This document shows positions 45,710-55,326 of a DNA stretch of 64,000 nt, in pieces. A program made the position numbers and the translations under genes. This DNA is from Clostridia bacterium. Its GTDB lineage: Bacteria; Bacillota; Clostridia; Christensenellales; UBA1242. The stretch is from positions 1,267 through 65,266 of the forward strand of contig CAADYP010000010.1 of the NCBI GenBank assembly GCA_900753315.1. The letters are read 5' to 3'. The notes under the pieces are model-generated. The model did no database searches, was not told the DNA's origin, and saw only the letters and a program-made list of their open reading frames with translations. The stretch's first letter is position 1, and the number at the start of each line of letters is the position of its first letter.

Positions 45710-47461
45710 TTATTCAACAGTAACCGACTTCGCAAGATTTCGCGGTTTATCAGGATTAAAACCCTTTTTTATTGAAAACTTCATCGCAAACAGTTGCAAT
45801 GGGACAATACTCACAATCGGCATTAGGCACTCTTCAAAATCAGCAAGCGGAAGAGCAAAATCAACTTCAACATTTGGTTTTAAATTTGACACAAACAAAA
45901 CCCTTCCTCCTCTTGCACGCACTTCTTGAATGTTACTCTCAATTTTTTCTTTCAAATCTTTTTGCGTCAAAATTACGACAACCAATGTTTTGTCATCAAC
46001 AAGAGCCAGTGAGCCATGCTTCAATTCCCCTGCGGGTATCCCCAGACAATTTATATAAGCAATTTCTTTCAATTTCAATGCTGCCTCCAAACTTGTTACG
46101 CTGTCCTGAGTTCGACCTATGAAAAATATTTGTCTAAAGTTGAAAAGTTCTTTAAACAAACCTTCATCAAAATCTTGTATATCAAAATTCAAAACAAACT
46201 TTTTCAATATTTGTTGAAGTTTTTTGTTTCTTGAAATTTTCAAGGCAAAAATCAAAAGTGTAAAAACTTGTGCAGTATATGCTTTTGTAGATGCAACAGC
46301 AATCTCCTTCCCCGCAAAGGTCGGCAAAACAAAGTCTGCAAGTTTGTTCAGCGAACAATAAGGCACATTTGTAACACACATGCTTGTGCACTCTTTTTCT
46401 TTAACCAAATTTGCACATGCAATGGTGTCCGCAGTCTCCCCACTTTGGCTCACAAAAACATAAAGACAATTTTTGTCAAAAACATTGTCACAATATCGAA
46501 ATTCACTTGCAATAGAAACATCACATTTTTTGCCACAAAATTTCTGGATAAATTGTGCTCCCATCAAGCATGCATGATAAGCCGTTCCACACGCTACAAA
46601 ATGGAATGATTTAAATTTTGACAGTTTTTCAAACTCTTGCTTGCTTAAAACTTCTTCCGAAAAATATTTAAAAAATGTTCGCTTTAAAATCACAGGCTGT
46701 TCTTTTATTTCTTTCAACATAAAATATTTTTCATTCAGTTTTTCTTCGCCAAAATCAAAATTTTGAATGGACACGGAAGCCTTTTTTACTTGTTTGCAAT
46801 TCTTATCATAAAAAGTTATCTTTCCTTTTTCGACTTCTGCAAACTCATCATCATTCAAAATGAAGCACTCACAAAAACGCCCAGCAAAAACAGAGATATC
46901 GCTTGCAATCACACAGCCGTCTTTGTTTTTTGCAATCATGAGCGGACTTTTGCGTTTCCCAATCCAAATCTTGTCTTTCCCCTTTTCAATCATGCAAACT
47001 GCAAAACTTCCACTTGCCAAAGCACAACCGTTTATCAATTTTTCTATTGTCTTCCCACTTTGCAAAGCAATGACATTTAACAAAATCTCTGTGTCAGTTT
47101 GAGATAAAAGATTCGTTTCTTTCAAATATTTGTCCTGCAAATCTTTAAAATTCTCTATTATTCCATTGTGCACCATGGCAAAATTTTCATCAAATGAGAC
47201 CTGTGGATGAGCATTTTCTTCACAAACCTTTCCGTGAGTCGCCCACCTAGTATGGCCAATCGCAACTTTCGCCATGAGATTTTGGGGCAATTTGTTTTCA
47301 AGATTTTTTATTTCACCAACCGCCTTGACAACATTTAATCCATTCTCTGACACAAAAGCAATTCCACTTGAATCGTAACCACGATATTCAAGTTTTTTCA
47401 AACCTATCAAAACATAATTAACACAATATTCAAAGCCAATTTCAGCACATACTCCGCACAT
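45710..47461 (-). CDS. glmS: Glutamine--fructose-6-phosphate aminotransferase
   Basis: N-terminal MCG (catalytic Cys2), GHTRWATHG, two SIS domains, C-terminal ...KPRNLAKSVTVE. AGGAG SD. Confidence 0.92.
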   Translation of the reverse strand: MCGVCAEIGFEYCVNYVLIGLKKLEYRGYDSSGIAFVSENGLNVVKAVGEIKNLENKLPQNLMAKVAIGHTRWATHGKVCEENAHPQVSFDENFAMVHNGIIENFKDLQDKYLKETNLLSQTDTEILLNVIALQSGKTIEKLINGCALASGSFAVCMIEKGKDKIWIGKRKSPLMIAKNKDGCVIASDISVFAGRFCECFILNDDEFAEVEKGKITFYDKNCKQVKKASVSIQNFDFGEEKLNEKYFMLKEIKEQPVILKRTFFKYFSEEVLSKQEFEKLSKFKSFHFVACGTAYHACLMGAQFIQKFCGKKCDVSIASEFRYCDNVFDKNCLYVFVSQSGETADTIACANLVKEKECTSMCVTNVPYCSLNKLADFVLPTFAGKEIAVASTKAYTAQVFTLLIFALKISRNKKLQQILKKFVLNFDIQDFDEGLFKELFNFRQIFFIGRTQDSVTSLEAALKLKEIAYINCLGIPAGELKHGSLALVDDKTLVVVILTQKDLKEKIESNIQEVRARGGRVLFVSNLKPNVEVDFALPLADFEECLMPIVSIVPLQLFAMKFSIKKGFNPDKPRNLAKSVTVE

Positions 47462-47591
47462 ATAAATCTCCTAAAAATACTTTTACGACAAAACTCGCAC
47501 TATTAAATCTATATGTTTAGCGACCAAAATTTGAAACATAAAAAAAGAAAACAGAGACACATTCTCTATTTCCAATTCGTATAAATTTTGT

Positions 47592-48122
47592 TTAAATTTT
47601 CAAATATGTCAAAGTGATGTTGCCATATTTTTTTTCATCGAAAACTTGAAAATTTCCATAATAAAATTCATCCCCACTTGCGTGTTCACAAACAACAATT
47701 CCGTCTGCAGAAACCAATTTTTTATCATAAATTATTGGTAAGACTTTTTCATAAAGGCCACTTTTGTATGGTGGGTCAAGAATAATCAAATCAAAACTCT
47801 CTTTGCATTGCATCAAAAAAGTGACTGCATCGCATTTGAAAACTTTTTGTTCAATGCCAAGATTTTTTAAATTTTCTTTTGTCATATTTACACTGCGATA
47901 ATCTTTATCAACAAACACAACCTTTCCCGCACCACGGCTTAACGCTTCAATACCCATTGCACCTGTTCCACAAAAAAGATCAAGCACATTTTTGTCAGGC
48001 AAAAAAAATTGAAGTTTGACGAACAATGCTTGTCTAACTTTGTCCGTAGTTGGCCTTATGTGATCGTATTTGTTTTCCAATAATCTGCGACCTTTATATT
48101 TCCCGGAATCCACTCTCATCAT
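47592..48122 (-). CDS. rsmD: 16S rRNA (guanine966-N2)-methyltransferase RsmD
   Basis: MMRVDSGKYKGRRL...RPTTDKVRQALF..LDLFCGTGAMGIEALSRGA..V.FVD...DLIILDPPY. The start is uncertain; a TTG at 48167 that overlaps the alr stop is an alternative. Confidence 0.85.
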   Translation of the reverse strand: MMRVDSGKYKGRRLLENKYDHIRPTTDKVRQALFVKLQFFLPDKNVLDLFCGTGAMGIEALSRGAGKVVFVDKDYRSVNMTKENLKNLGIEQKVFKCDAVTFLMQCKESFDLIILDPPYKSGLYEKVLPIIYDKKLVSADGIVVCEHASGDEFYYGNFQVFDEKKYGNITLTYLKI

Positions 48123-48163
48123 ATGTTTATAATAACACTTTTGCATATATTTTTCAAATAATC

Positions 48164-49162
48164 TCAAACAATTTTTGTCTTGCCTCTAAAATTTGAAAAT
48201 CCTGTCAAAATTTCATAACTAATTGTTTCAGATTTTTTTGCCATATACTCAGCATCAGCCATAACAACAACTTCATCACCTATAGACACACTTTCATCGA
48301 CCTCAACAAAAAACGCGTCCATGCAAATATTTCCAGTAGTTTTTCTCTTTTTGCCATTTATGAAAACTTCAAATTTCCCACTCATATTTCTTCTCAAACC
48401 ATCGCCATAACCCACTGGAACTATGGCAAAAAATGTATCCCTATGTGCAAAAAAGTGTGTTCCGTAACCGATTTTTTCACCTTTGCTTGCAAAAAAGACT
48501 TTTGAAACATACGAACAAATTTTTAAAACTGGTTTTAGACTTTTGTCACCATAACCATACATTCCAATCCCAAGCCTCAATATATCAAAATCAAAATCAT
48601 AATCAAAAATTCCACTTCCACCAAAACAAATTGGTGCATTTTGAGTAATTTCACTTCTCAACATTTGAAAATTTTTCTCTTCATTTTTAGTAATTTTTTT
48701 ATTGTCAGTGCATGAAAAATGCGTATATATAGACTTCAATTTAATTTTTTCATATTCAAGCACATCATTGATAAGTCTCATTGCCAATGGACTTTTCACT
48801 CCAAAGCGATTCATTCCGCAATTTATTTTCAAGTGAATTGATTGTCGCATATCTTTCTTCAAACAATCCATCAAATCATTTTCGTCATCTACCATAACAT
48901 CAATTTTATTCTTTCTGCATGTTTTGTAATCATCCACTTTTGAACAAATCAAAATTGGTAGTTCTGTCAACTCTCGCACTTTAACCGCCTCTTCAACACT
49001 TACTACCCCAAACATATCAACATGTTCATCAATCAATTTCACAATCTCTCTTAAACCATGCCCATAAGCATTGGACTTGACCATTGCACAAATTTTTTTA
49101 GATTTGAAATGGTTGATATTAGAAATCAAATTATCGTGATTTATATACTTGAAATTTTTCAT
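48164..49162 (-). CDS. alr: Alanine racemase (short form, 332 aa)
   Basis: The PLP-lysine motif AMVKSNAYGHG plus ...GYGDG... and the C-terminal beta domain are present. Confidence 0.85.
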   Translation of the reverse strand: MKNFKYINHDNLISNINHFKSKKICAMVKSNAYGHGLREIVKLIDEHVDMFGVVSVEEAVKVRELTELPILICSKVDDYKTCRKNKIDVMVDDENDLMDCLKKDMRQSIHLKINCGMNRFGVKSPLAMRLINDVLEYEKIKLKSIYTHFSCTDNKKITKNEEKNFQMLRSEITQNAPICFGGSGIFDYDFDFDILRLGIGMYGYGDKSLKPVLKICSYVSKVFFASKGEKIGYGTHFFAHRDTFFAIVPVGYGDGLRRNMSGKFEVFINGKKRKTTGNICMDAFFVEVDESVSIGDEVVVMADAEYMAKKSETISYEILTGFSNFRGKTKIV

Positions 49163-49322
49163 ACTTATTTATATTAAAAGAAAAAAATAAAGGTGCTTTG
49201 TTTTATTCAAAAACAAGTTGAATGATTTTTTGTGTCGAAAGTTACTACATTTTGACGAAATATTGGCGTCACTCATAAGTAATTTTATTTTAATTCTTGT
49301 AAAATCAAAATCAGGAGGACTT

Positions 49323-49505
49323 ATGAACAAAATTCCTAGATACACATTGAGAATTCCCGCTTATTTGCAAGAAAAAATAAAATTCATGGCAGAATATAAC
49401 GGCAGAAGCAAAAATAAAGAGATTGAAATAGCAATAAAACGCTACATAAATGATTTCGAGAGGCTTCACGGAAACATCGAAGTAAGTGGAGATTTGGACG
49501 ACTAA
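49323..49505 (+). CDS. Arc/MetJ-type ribbon-helix-helix DNA-binding protein (60 aa)
   Basis: PRYTLRIPAYLQEKIKFMAEYNGRSKNKEIEIAIKRYI fits the beta-strand/helix/helix Arc pattern. AGGAGG SD lies 5 nt upstream of the ATG at 49323. Confidence 0.65.
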   Translation: MNKIPRYTLRIPAYLQEKIKFMAEYNGRSKNKEIEIAIKRYINDFERLHGNIEVSGDLDD

Positions 49506-49533
49506 AATTTTCAAAATTAAATCAATATTTTAA

Positions 49534-49562
49534 TTGACAAGAGAAAAAATGTGTTGTATAAT
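49534..49562 (+). promoter_or_regulatory. Consensus sigma-A promoter for tRNA-Lys
   Basis: TTGACA (49534-39), 17-nt spacer, TATAAT (49557-62). Confidence 0.7.
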
Positions 49563-49608
49563 ACACATAGTTTTTCATTGCTGAAATTAAAAGCGAAGAA
49601 AAATATTT

Positions 49609-49684
49609 GGGTTGCTAGCTCAGTTGGTAGAGCATTCGACTCTTAATCGAAGGGTCCGGGGTTCGAGCCCCCGGCAACCCACCA
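49609..49684 (+). tRNA. tRNA-Lys (anticodon CUU), CCA encoded
   Basis: Acceptor GGGTTGC/GCAACCC, D arm GCTC AGTTGGT AGAGC, anticodon stem TTCGA/TCGAA with loop CT-CTT-AA, T arm CGGGG TTCGAGC CCCCG, discriminator A plus CCA. Confidence 0.9.
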
Positions 49685-49691
49685 TATTCTG

Positions 49692-49717
49692 AACTTGCAT
49701 TTTGCAAGTTTTTTTTA
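49692..49717 (+). terminator. Terminator after tRNA-Lys
   Basis: Stem AACTTGC / GCAAGTT followed by T7. Confidence 0.85.
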
Positions 49718-49987
49718 TTTTTAAACATTATTCTTTTTTGTATCATACCATTTAAAAACTAATACTCTAACGCTCAAATCTCTATTACACCCCCTCTTTT
49801 TGCTTGGATATACGAAATAACAAAAAGACATGGGCATCGAAATAGTAATGACAATTTTGAATAAAAAGCAGCAAAAATATGCATAGTTAAAAAATTTTAA
49901 ATTTTTATTTGGAAGTTTCTTTATAATGTGATACAATATGTTTACATCAAAAAAATTTAGAAAAATAATAAGGAAGAAAAAGCACAT

Positions 49988-51187
49988 ATGATTATCACAT
50001 TGGTTACAGATCAGTTTTACAAAAACAATCACGGTACTAGCATTTCTGCACAACGTTTTTACAATGGACTCGTAGGTCGCGGGCACACGGTTAGGGTCGT
50101 TTCTATCGACAGCAACAACAACACAATTTATGCCCTGAAAGAAAGGTATTTTGGAAAACTCATCACTGGGATTATCAATTCTCAAGGTTTCCAATTTGGA
50201 AAATATGATGAAGAAATAATAAAAAGGGCTATTGAAGGTTCTGACATCGTGCATGTATATTTGCCTTTCAATATGGAGCAAAAGACTATCCAACTTTGCA
50301 GAGAAATGAATGTTCCTTGCACAGCAGGATTTCATATTGTGCCAGAAAACATCACATCAACAATCTATCTCAACAAATTGCCACTTGCAAACAATGCTTT
50401 GTGGTCAAGTTTCTATAACACAACTTATAGATATATAAAACACATTCACTGCCCATCTTTGATGGTGGCAAAACAACTTGAAAACCATGGTTATCATTCA
50501 AATTTGCACATCATTTCAAATGGCTATAACGATATATTCAAGGTTGTTGAAAACGAAGAAAGACCAACAATTTTCAAAGACAAAATTTTGATTACATTTA
50601 TTGGCAGATTTTCAAGAGAAAAGAGACATGACCTTATCATCAAAGCCGTAAACGAAAGCAAATATAAAGACAAAATCCAACTTGTCTTTGGTGGAAAAGG
50701 CCCAACAAAAGCAAAGATTATGAAAATGTCTCAAAAATTGCCAAATTATCCTATCTTCTCATTCTTTACAAGAGAACAACTTATTTCTCTTCTCAATTAT
50801 GCTGACCTTTACATTCACCCAGCGGACATTGAAGTTGAGGGTATGAGTTGTATTGAAGCAATCGCCTGCGGTTGCGTCCCAATTGTTTCAGACAGTCCAA
50901 AGAGTGCAACCCCACAATTTACAGTTTCAGAACACAGCAGGTTTAAACATGGTGATTACAAAGACTTGGCAAAGCAAATTGATTGGTGGATCGAGCATCC
51001 GGAAGAGCTTGCAGCCGAGAAAAAACGTATTGCAGACCACGCTCTCCGCTTTACCATTGAAAGAAGTATGGATTATTACATCAACTTCTTTGAAGATGCA
51101 ATCAAAGATTGGGATAACACCTATGATGGTAAGAACAAAAAGAAAAAAATTGACACAAAAATTATCAATAATTACGAAATAAAATAG
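49988..51187 (+). CDS. GT4-family glycosyltransferase (GT-B fold; glycolipid or cell-envelope synthesis type)
   Basis: The N-terminus MIITLVTDQFYKNNHGTSISAQRFYNGLVGRGHTV and the C-terminal E-x7-E region (PADIEVEGMSCIEAIACGCVPIVSDS) match the family. TTGGAA-17-TACAAT promoter upstream. Confidence 0.75.
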   Translation: MIITLVTDQFYKNNHGTSISAQRFYNGLVGRGHTVRVVSIDSNNNTIYALKERYFGKLITGIINSQGFQFGKYDEEIIKRAIEGSDIVHVYLPFNMEQKTIQLCREMNVPCTAGFHIVPENITSTIYLNKLPLANNALWSSFYNTTYRYIKHIHCPSLMVAKQLENHGYHSNLHIISNGYNDIFKVVENEERPTIFKDKILITFIGRFSREKRHDLIIKAVNESKYKDKIQLVFGGKGPTKAKIMKMSQKLPNYPIFSFFTREQLISLLNYADLYIHPADIEVEGMSCIEAIACGCVPIVSDSPKSATPQFTVSEHSRFKHGDYKDLAKQIDWWIEHPEELAAEKKRIADHALRFTIERSMDYYINFFEDAIKDWDNTYDGKNKKKKIDTKIINNYEIK

Positions 51188-51215
51188 ATTTTTAGCCAAA
51201 AGTAAACATAAAACA

Positions 51216-51246
51216 AAATCCACAAACATTTATTGTGGATTTTTTA
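51216..51246 (+). terminator. Terminator after the GT4 gene
   Basis: Stem AAATCCACAA / TTGTGGATTT (51216-42) plus a T-run. Confidence 0.8.
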
Positions 51247-51371
51247 TTATTTTCACTATTGCAACTATCGCCACCTCGCCTAGCAGATAAATTTGACTAT
51301 TGCATAAAAATGTCGACAATCAGTTTTATTTTCAAGTCCAAGGTCACGCCCAAACTTTGTGCATTAAAATT

Positions 51372-52826
51372 TTATTTTATAACAACCTTTCCTTCAATCC
51401 ATGCCGAAAAATATTGCTCTAGTTTGATTTTGGCAGACTTAGTGAAAGATTCAATCATTCCTACCCCTGAGGCATTTTGATATTCAAACTTCTCGAAATA
51501 ATCTCGCAAGCATTTGAAAAATTTCCTGTCACCCAAAGTTTGTCTCAAACTGTCAAAGAGAAGCATTCCCTTTGTATAAACACAATTTACATATTCTGGT
51601 TCTGTGGCAAATTGAGACAGATTCCTATCCATACTCTCATCAACCCTGCCATTTATTTTTGAATAAATAGAAACAAAATTTTTGTATCCAGCAGCTGCAT
51701 TTTGCATTGTGATTTTATAGTCAATTTTGTATTTTGGGTTTTTCTCAAAAAACACCGCAGTAGAAAATTCAGTCAGCCCCTCATCTAACCACGCTTCTTG
51801 ATATTCGTTGTTACCAACAAGACCATACCACCACTGATGCGCAATTTCGTGAACGATGACGTAGTCTATCATTTGCCCATCTTCAACAGCATCAGAAATC
51901 ATGACAAGATTTGGATATTCCATTCCTCCAAAGCAAAAGTTGTTTTTCACAACGCTCAACTGTTTGTATGGATATTCTCCAAACAGTTTCTCAAATGTCT
52001 GTAACGCCTTTACTGAAACATCAAGATGTTCTGCACTTTTTTCGTCATCATAGAAATAATATTTTACTGTTGTCTCTCCGCAATTTTTTTCTATCACGCT
52101 AAAATTTTCAGATACCACCAAACAAAAATCTCTCACTTTTTGAGCGTTGCACTCTGCAATTTTTTGTCCATTTGATACACTCTCTGTTTTGTTCCCTGTC
52201 GATGCAACAACATATTTTTCTGGGCATGAAAAAGTGACATTAAAATTGGAAACATCGCTAAAAAATGGATCTCCACTTGCTGAAAAACCATTTTTCACAA
52301 AGCCACTTCCGTCATCATTATACACGCAAGCAATTGGAAAAAAGTTCCCCAGATTGACCGTTTTTTCACCATATCCCAACCTGTGATTGATGTTTGCAAG
52401 CGACACCGTATATTTCATATTGACCAAAAAGCACTCATCGGGATACAAATTTTTTAACATTTTCACTGACAAAATTGCTTTATTGTCAGAGATTTCATAT
52501 TCCAAATCCTTTCCCTGACTGCAAACATTTTCAAATTCAATTTCCCCAGAACTTTTCCCATTTGGATAAGCTTTGCTCTCATAACTTGTCGGCACAGCCT
52601 TTTCATTTTCACCAAATGCATTGGCATAAAGATAAAAACAAATTTCATTCAAACAAGCATTGGATTTGTTGACATATCTCGTCTCTTGTTCGCACAAAAG
52701 CATTTGCTCCTGCTCGTTGTATGTGACATTCAAATTATAGTGATTGAACTGCTCTTCCTTTTGACATCCAAACAAAACAAATGGCAAACACAAAATTATT
52801 GCAAAAATAAAAGTCAATTTTTTCAT
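51372..52826 (-). CDS. M1-family zinc metallopeptidase lipoprotein
   Basis: Lipobox FVLFG-C. The HEXXH-x18-E motif reads VHEIAHQWWYGLVGNNEYQEAWLDEGLTEF. Confidence 0.8.
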   Translation of the reverse strand: MKKLTFIFAIILCLPFVLFGCQKEEQFNHYNLNVTYNEQEQMLLCEQETRYVNKSNACLNEICFYLYANAFGENEKAVPTSYESKAYPNGKSSGEIEFENVCSQGKDLEYEISDNKAILSVKMLKNLYPDECFLVNMKYTVSLANINHRLGYGEKTVNLGNFFPIACVYNDDGSGFVKNGFSASGDPFFSDVSNFNVTFSCPEKYVVASTGNKTESVSNGQKIAECNAQKVRDFCLVVSENFSVIEKNCGETTVKYYFYDDEKSAEHLDVSVKALQTFEKLFGEYPYKQLSVVKNNFCFGGMEYPNLVMISDAVEDGQMIDYVIVHEIAHQWWYGLVGNNEYQEAWLDEGLTEFSTAVFFEKNPKYKIDYKITMQNAAAGYKNFVSIYSKINGRVDESMDRNLSQFATEPEYVNCVYTKGMLLFDSLRQTLGDRKFFKCLRDYFEKFEYQNASGVGMIESFTKSAKIKLEQYFSAWIEGKVVIK

Positions 52827-52933
52827 ATGGTATTCTATTCTTTCAAAAAGCGAAACATTCTATCAAAAAGTTGTAAAAACACAAATTTTATGTTATTATA
52901 TAAGACGATTAGGCATCTTGCATAGGAGGAAAT

Positions 52934-54376
52934 ATGGCATTTTGTAAATACTCAATTGATATGTTGGCAAACAACAGCACCGCTGTTGACAATATTTTTA
53001 TTAACAATTATCTTCCATATGCTGACTCAAATTTTGTAAAGGTCTATCTTTATGGACTTTATAAGTGCCAAGACAGCAACAGTCGAGACAACACAATCGA
53101 AAATTTTGCAAACGAACTAAACCTTTCGCAAGAAGACATAGAAAATGCTTTTGAATATTGGCAAGAGCAAGGACTTGTTCAAATTTTGAATGTAATTCCA
53201 TTTGAAGTAAGATATTTACCAATCAGCGATGTGCTAAATAACACAAAAAAATATAACGCAAAAAAATATGAATCATTCAATGCCCAAGCACAAGAAGTTT
53301 TGTGCGGAAGAATGATAACTCCAAACGAATATAGAGAATATTATGACATAATTGAGCGCTTTCATGTTGAAAAAGAAGCCCTTTTGATGATAATAAATTA
53401 TTGCGTAAACATAAAAGGTGACAATGTTGGTTATGCGTACATCACAACAATCGCAAAAGATTGGGCAAATCAGAAAATAACAACAGCAAAACAAGTTGAA
53501 GAAAGATTGATTGAATTTGAAAACTTGCGCACTGGCATGGAATATTTGTTGAAACTTATGGGAGCAAAAAGACTTCCAAACATTGAAGAACGCACCCTTT
53601 ATCAAAAATGGGTTCAAGAAGGCTTTGATGATGAAGTTTTGACATATATCGCGAAGAAAATGAAGAGCAAAAACAAACCAAGTTTCCAAGCAATGGACAT
53701 TTTGCTTGATAAATATTTCGCTCAAAAACTTTTCTCTACAAATGAAATCGAACTTTTTGAAGAAGAGAAATCAAAAGCAAGCAAAATTGCAAAAACAATC
53801 ACCAAAAATTTAGGACTTTATTATGAGAATCTAGAACCCGTCATTGAAAATTATATCTTCAACTGGGTAAATCTTGGATTTTCTGAAAATATGCTTGAAG
53901 AAATTTCAAATTATTGTTTCAAAACAAATGTCCGCACCCTTGAAGGAATGAGCAAAGTCTTGGAAAAATTCCATAAACTTGGTATCTTGACAGAAAACTC
54001 TTTGGCAGAATACTTCAATGAAGTTCTTGTCGTTGACAAAAAAATTAAAACAATTTTGGAAAATATCGGGCTCTCAAGAAATGTAAACCAATTTGACCGT
54101 GACAAATACAAAATTTGGAAAGAAATTTGGAAAATGCCAGACGAAATCATTGATTACGCCTGCACGCTTGCTGTTGGAAAAGACCAACCAATGCAATACC
54201 TTGCTGGAATTTTGGCAACACTTCATGACAAAAACATAACAACTCTTGAAGATGCAAAAAATTCTTACAACATTATTTCTCCAAAATCAACAACAAAGTC
54301 GAACTTTACTGGAAGACAATATTCAAAAGAAGAAATGAATGCTCTCTTCCAATCTATTGATGAAATTGAGATTTAG
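52934..54376 (+). CDS. dnaB: Replication initiation / helicase-loading protein of the DnaD/DnaB_2 family (Bacillus 'DnaB'; not the helicase)
   Basis: N-terminal winged-helix-like region (FVKVYLYGLY...FEYWQEQGLV) and repeated DnaB_2-type modules (...ALLMIINYCVNIKGDNVGYAYITTIAKDWANQKITT...; ...IIDYACTLAVGKDQPMQYLAGILATLHDKNITT). It lies upstream of dnaI, as in B. subtilis. Confidence 0.65.
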   Translation: MAFCKYSIDMLANNSTAVDNIFINNYLPYADSNFVKVYLYGLYKCQDSNSRDNTIENFANELNLSQEDIENAFEYWQEQGLVQILNVIPFEVRYLPISDVLNNTKKYNAKKYESFNAQAQEVLCGRMITPNEYREYYDIIERFHVEKEALLMIINYCVNIKGDNVGYAYITTIAKDWANQKITTAKQVEERLIEFENLRTGMEYLLKLMGAKRLPNIEERTLYQKWVQEGFDDEVLTYIAKKMKSKNKPSFQAMDILLDKYFAQKLFSTNEIELFEEEKSKASKIAKTITKNLGLYYENLEPVIENYIFNWVNLGFSENMLEEISNYCFKTNVRTLEGMSKVLEKFHKLGILTENSLAEYFNEVLVVDKKIKTILENIGLSRNVNQFDRDKYKIWKEIWKMPDEIIDYACTLAVGKDQPMQYLAGILATLHDKNITTLEDAKNSYNIISPKSTTKSNFTGRQYSKEEMNALFQSIDEIEI

Positions 54377-54386
54377 AAGGTGCGAT

Positions 54387-55274
54387 ATGAAACAAGAAAT
54401 AATACAAAGAGCATTGGACAAAATTCAAGAAAGAAAAAGAAAAAACATTGCAGAATTTCAATTAAAAATGCAACCACTTTATGATGATGAAAAATATATG
54501 GCTTGCACAAAAAAGCATACACAAATAATGATTGAAAATGCAAAAAAAGAAGCACTTGGTTTTTCCCCTGACAAACAAGCTGAAGAGAAGTTCTTAACAG
54601 AACAAAAATCAATAATGAAACAATACGGACTTGAAAATGTTCAAATGGCATATTCGTGCCCAATTTGCAAAGACGAGGGATACAAAAATGGTCAAATGTG
54701 CAAATGTTTAAAAAAAGAAATATCAAACATTTTGATGAAAGATAGTGGTTTTGAAAACTTGGAAAACTTTGCTGATGCGACAAAAACAAGCAACAACCTT
54801 TCCCCTTATTACAAAAAGATGCAAGAATGGTGCCACACTGATTTCAAGAAAAATCTCTTACTTCTTTCTGGCCAGACTGGAGTTGGAAAAACTTATCTTA
54901 CTCGTTGCATGGCAAATGAATTGATTGAAAGAGGTTTGATAGTCAAAATGTCAACGGCATTCAAAATGACACAAGACTTCAAATCTTTCCACAAATCTCA
55001 TAATGAAGAACTTTTGAATCAATACCTCGACTGCCAGGTTTTGTTTATTGATGACCTTGGGACAGAACCACTTTACAAAGATATAACGTTGGAATATCTC
55101 TATCTTATAATAAATGAAAGAAAGATGAGAAAACTTCCAACCGTCATAACAACAAATCTCGACATCAGTCAAATAAGAGAAACATATGATGAACGCATCT
55201 ATTCAAGAATAGTAGATAGACAAACATCCATCACAATTTTCTTGGACGGAACAGATAGAAGAATTAACAAATAA
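54387..55274 (+). CDS. dnaI: Helicase loader DnaI (DnaC/IstB-type AAA+)
   Basis: Zinc motif CPICKDEGYKNGQMCKC, Walker A GQTGVGKTYL, Walker B VLFIDDLGTE, then ITTNL. ATG at 54387 follows GAAGG. Confidence 0.8.
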   Translation: MKQEIIQRALDKIQERKRKNIAEFQLKMQPLYDDEKYMACTKKHTQIMIENAKKEALGFSPDKQAEEKFLTEQKSIMKQYGLENVQMAYSCPICKDEGYKNGQMCKCLKKEISNILMKDSGFENLENFADATKTSNNLSPYYKKMQEWCHTDFKKNLLLLSGQTGVGKTYLTRCMANELIERGLIVKMSTAFKMTQDFKSFHKSHNEELLNQYLDCQVLFIDDLGTEPLYKDITLEYLYLIINERKMRKLPTVITTNLDISQIRETYDERIYSRIVDRQTSITIFLDGTDRRINK

Positions 55275-55298
55275 ACTAATAAAAATCTATAAAAAATG

Positions 55299-55326
55299 AA
55301 CCAAAATATTTTTGGTTTATTTTTTA
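55299..55326 (+). terminator. Terminator after dnaI
   Basis: Stem AACCAAAA / TTTTGGTT (55299-317) plus a T-rich run. Confidence 0.7.

Noticed and set aside
49609-49987. tRNA-Lys 3' end as an integration site for a mobile element
   Set aside because: No integrase, excisionase or phage/ICE genes lie on either side, and I noticed no direct repeat of the tRNA 3' end downstream. The next genes are ordinary envelope and peptidase genes.
49721-50335. 204-aa minus-strand ORF overlapping the start of the GT4 glycosyltransferase gene
   Set aside because: It overlaps the well-supported GT4 N-terminus in antisense. Upstream it runs through the promoter and intergenic region, it has no SD, and its composition is typical of A/T-rich shadow frames.
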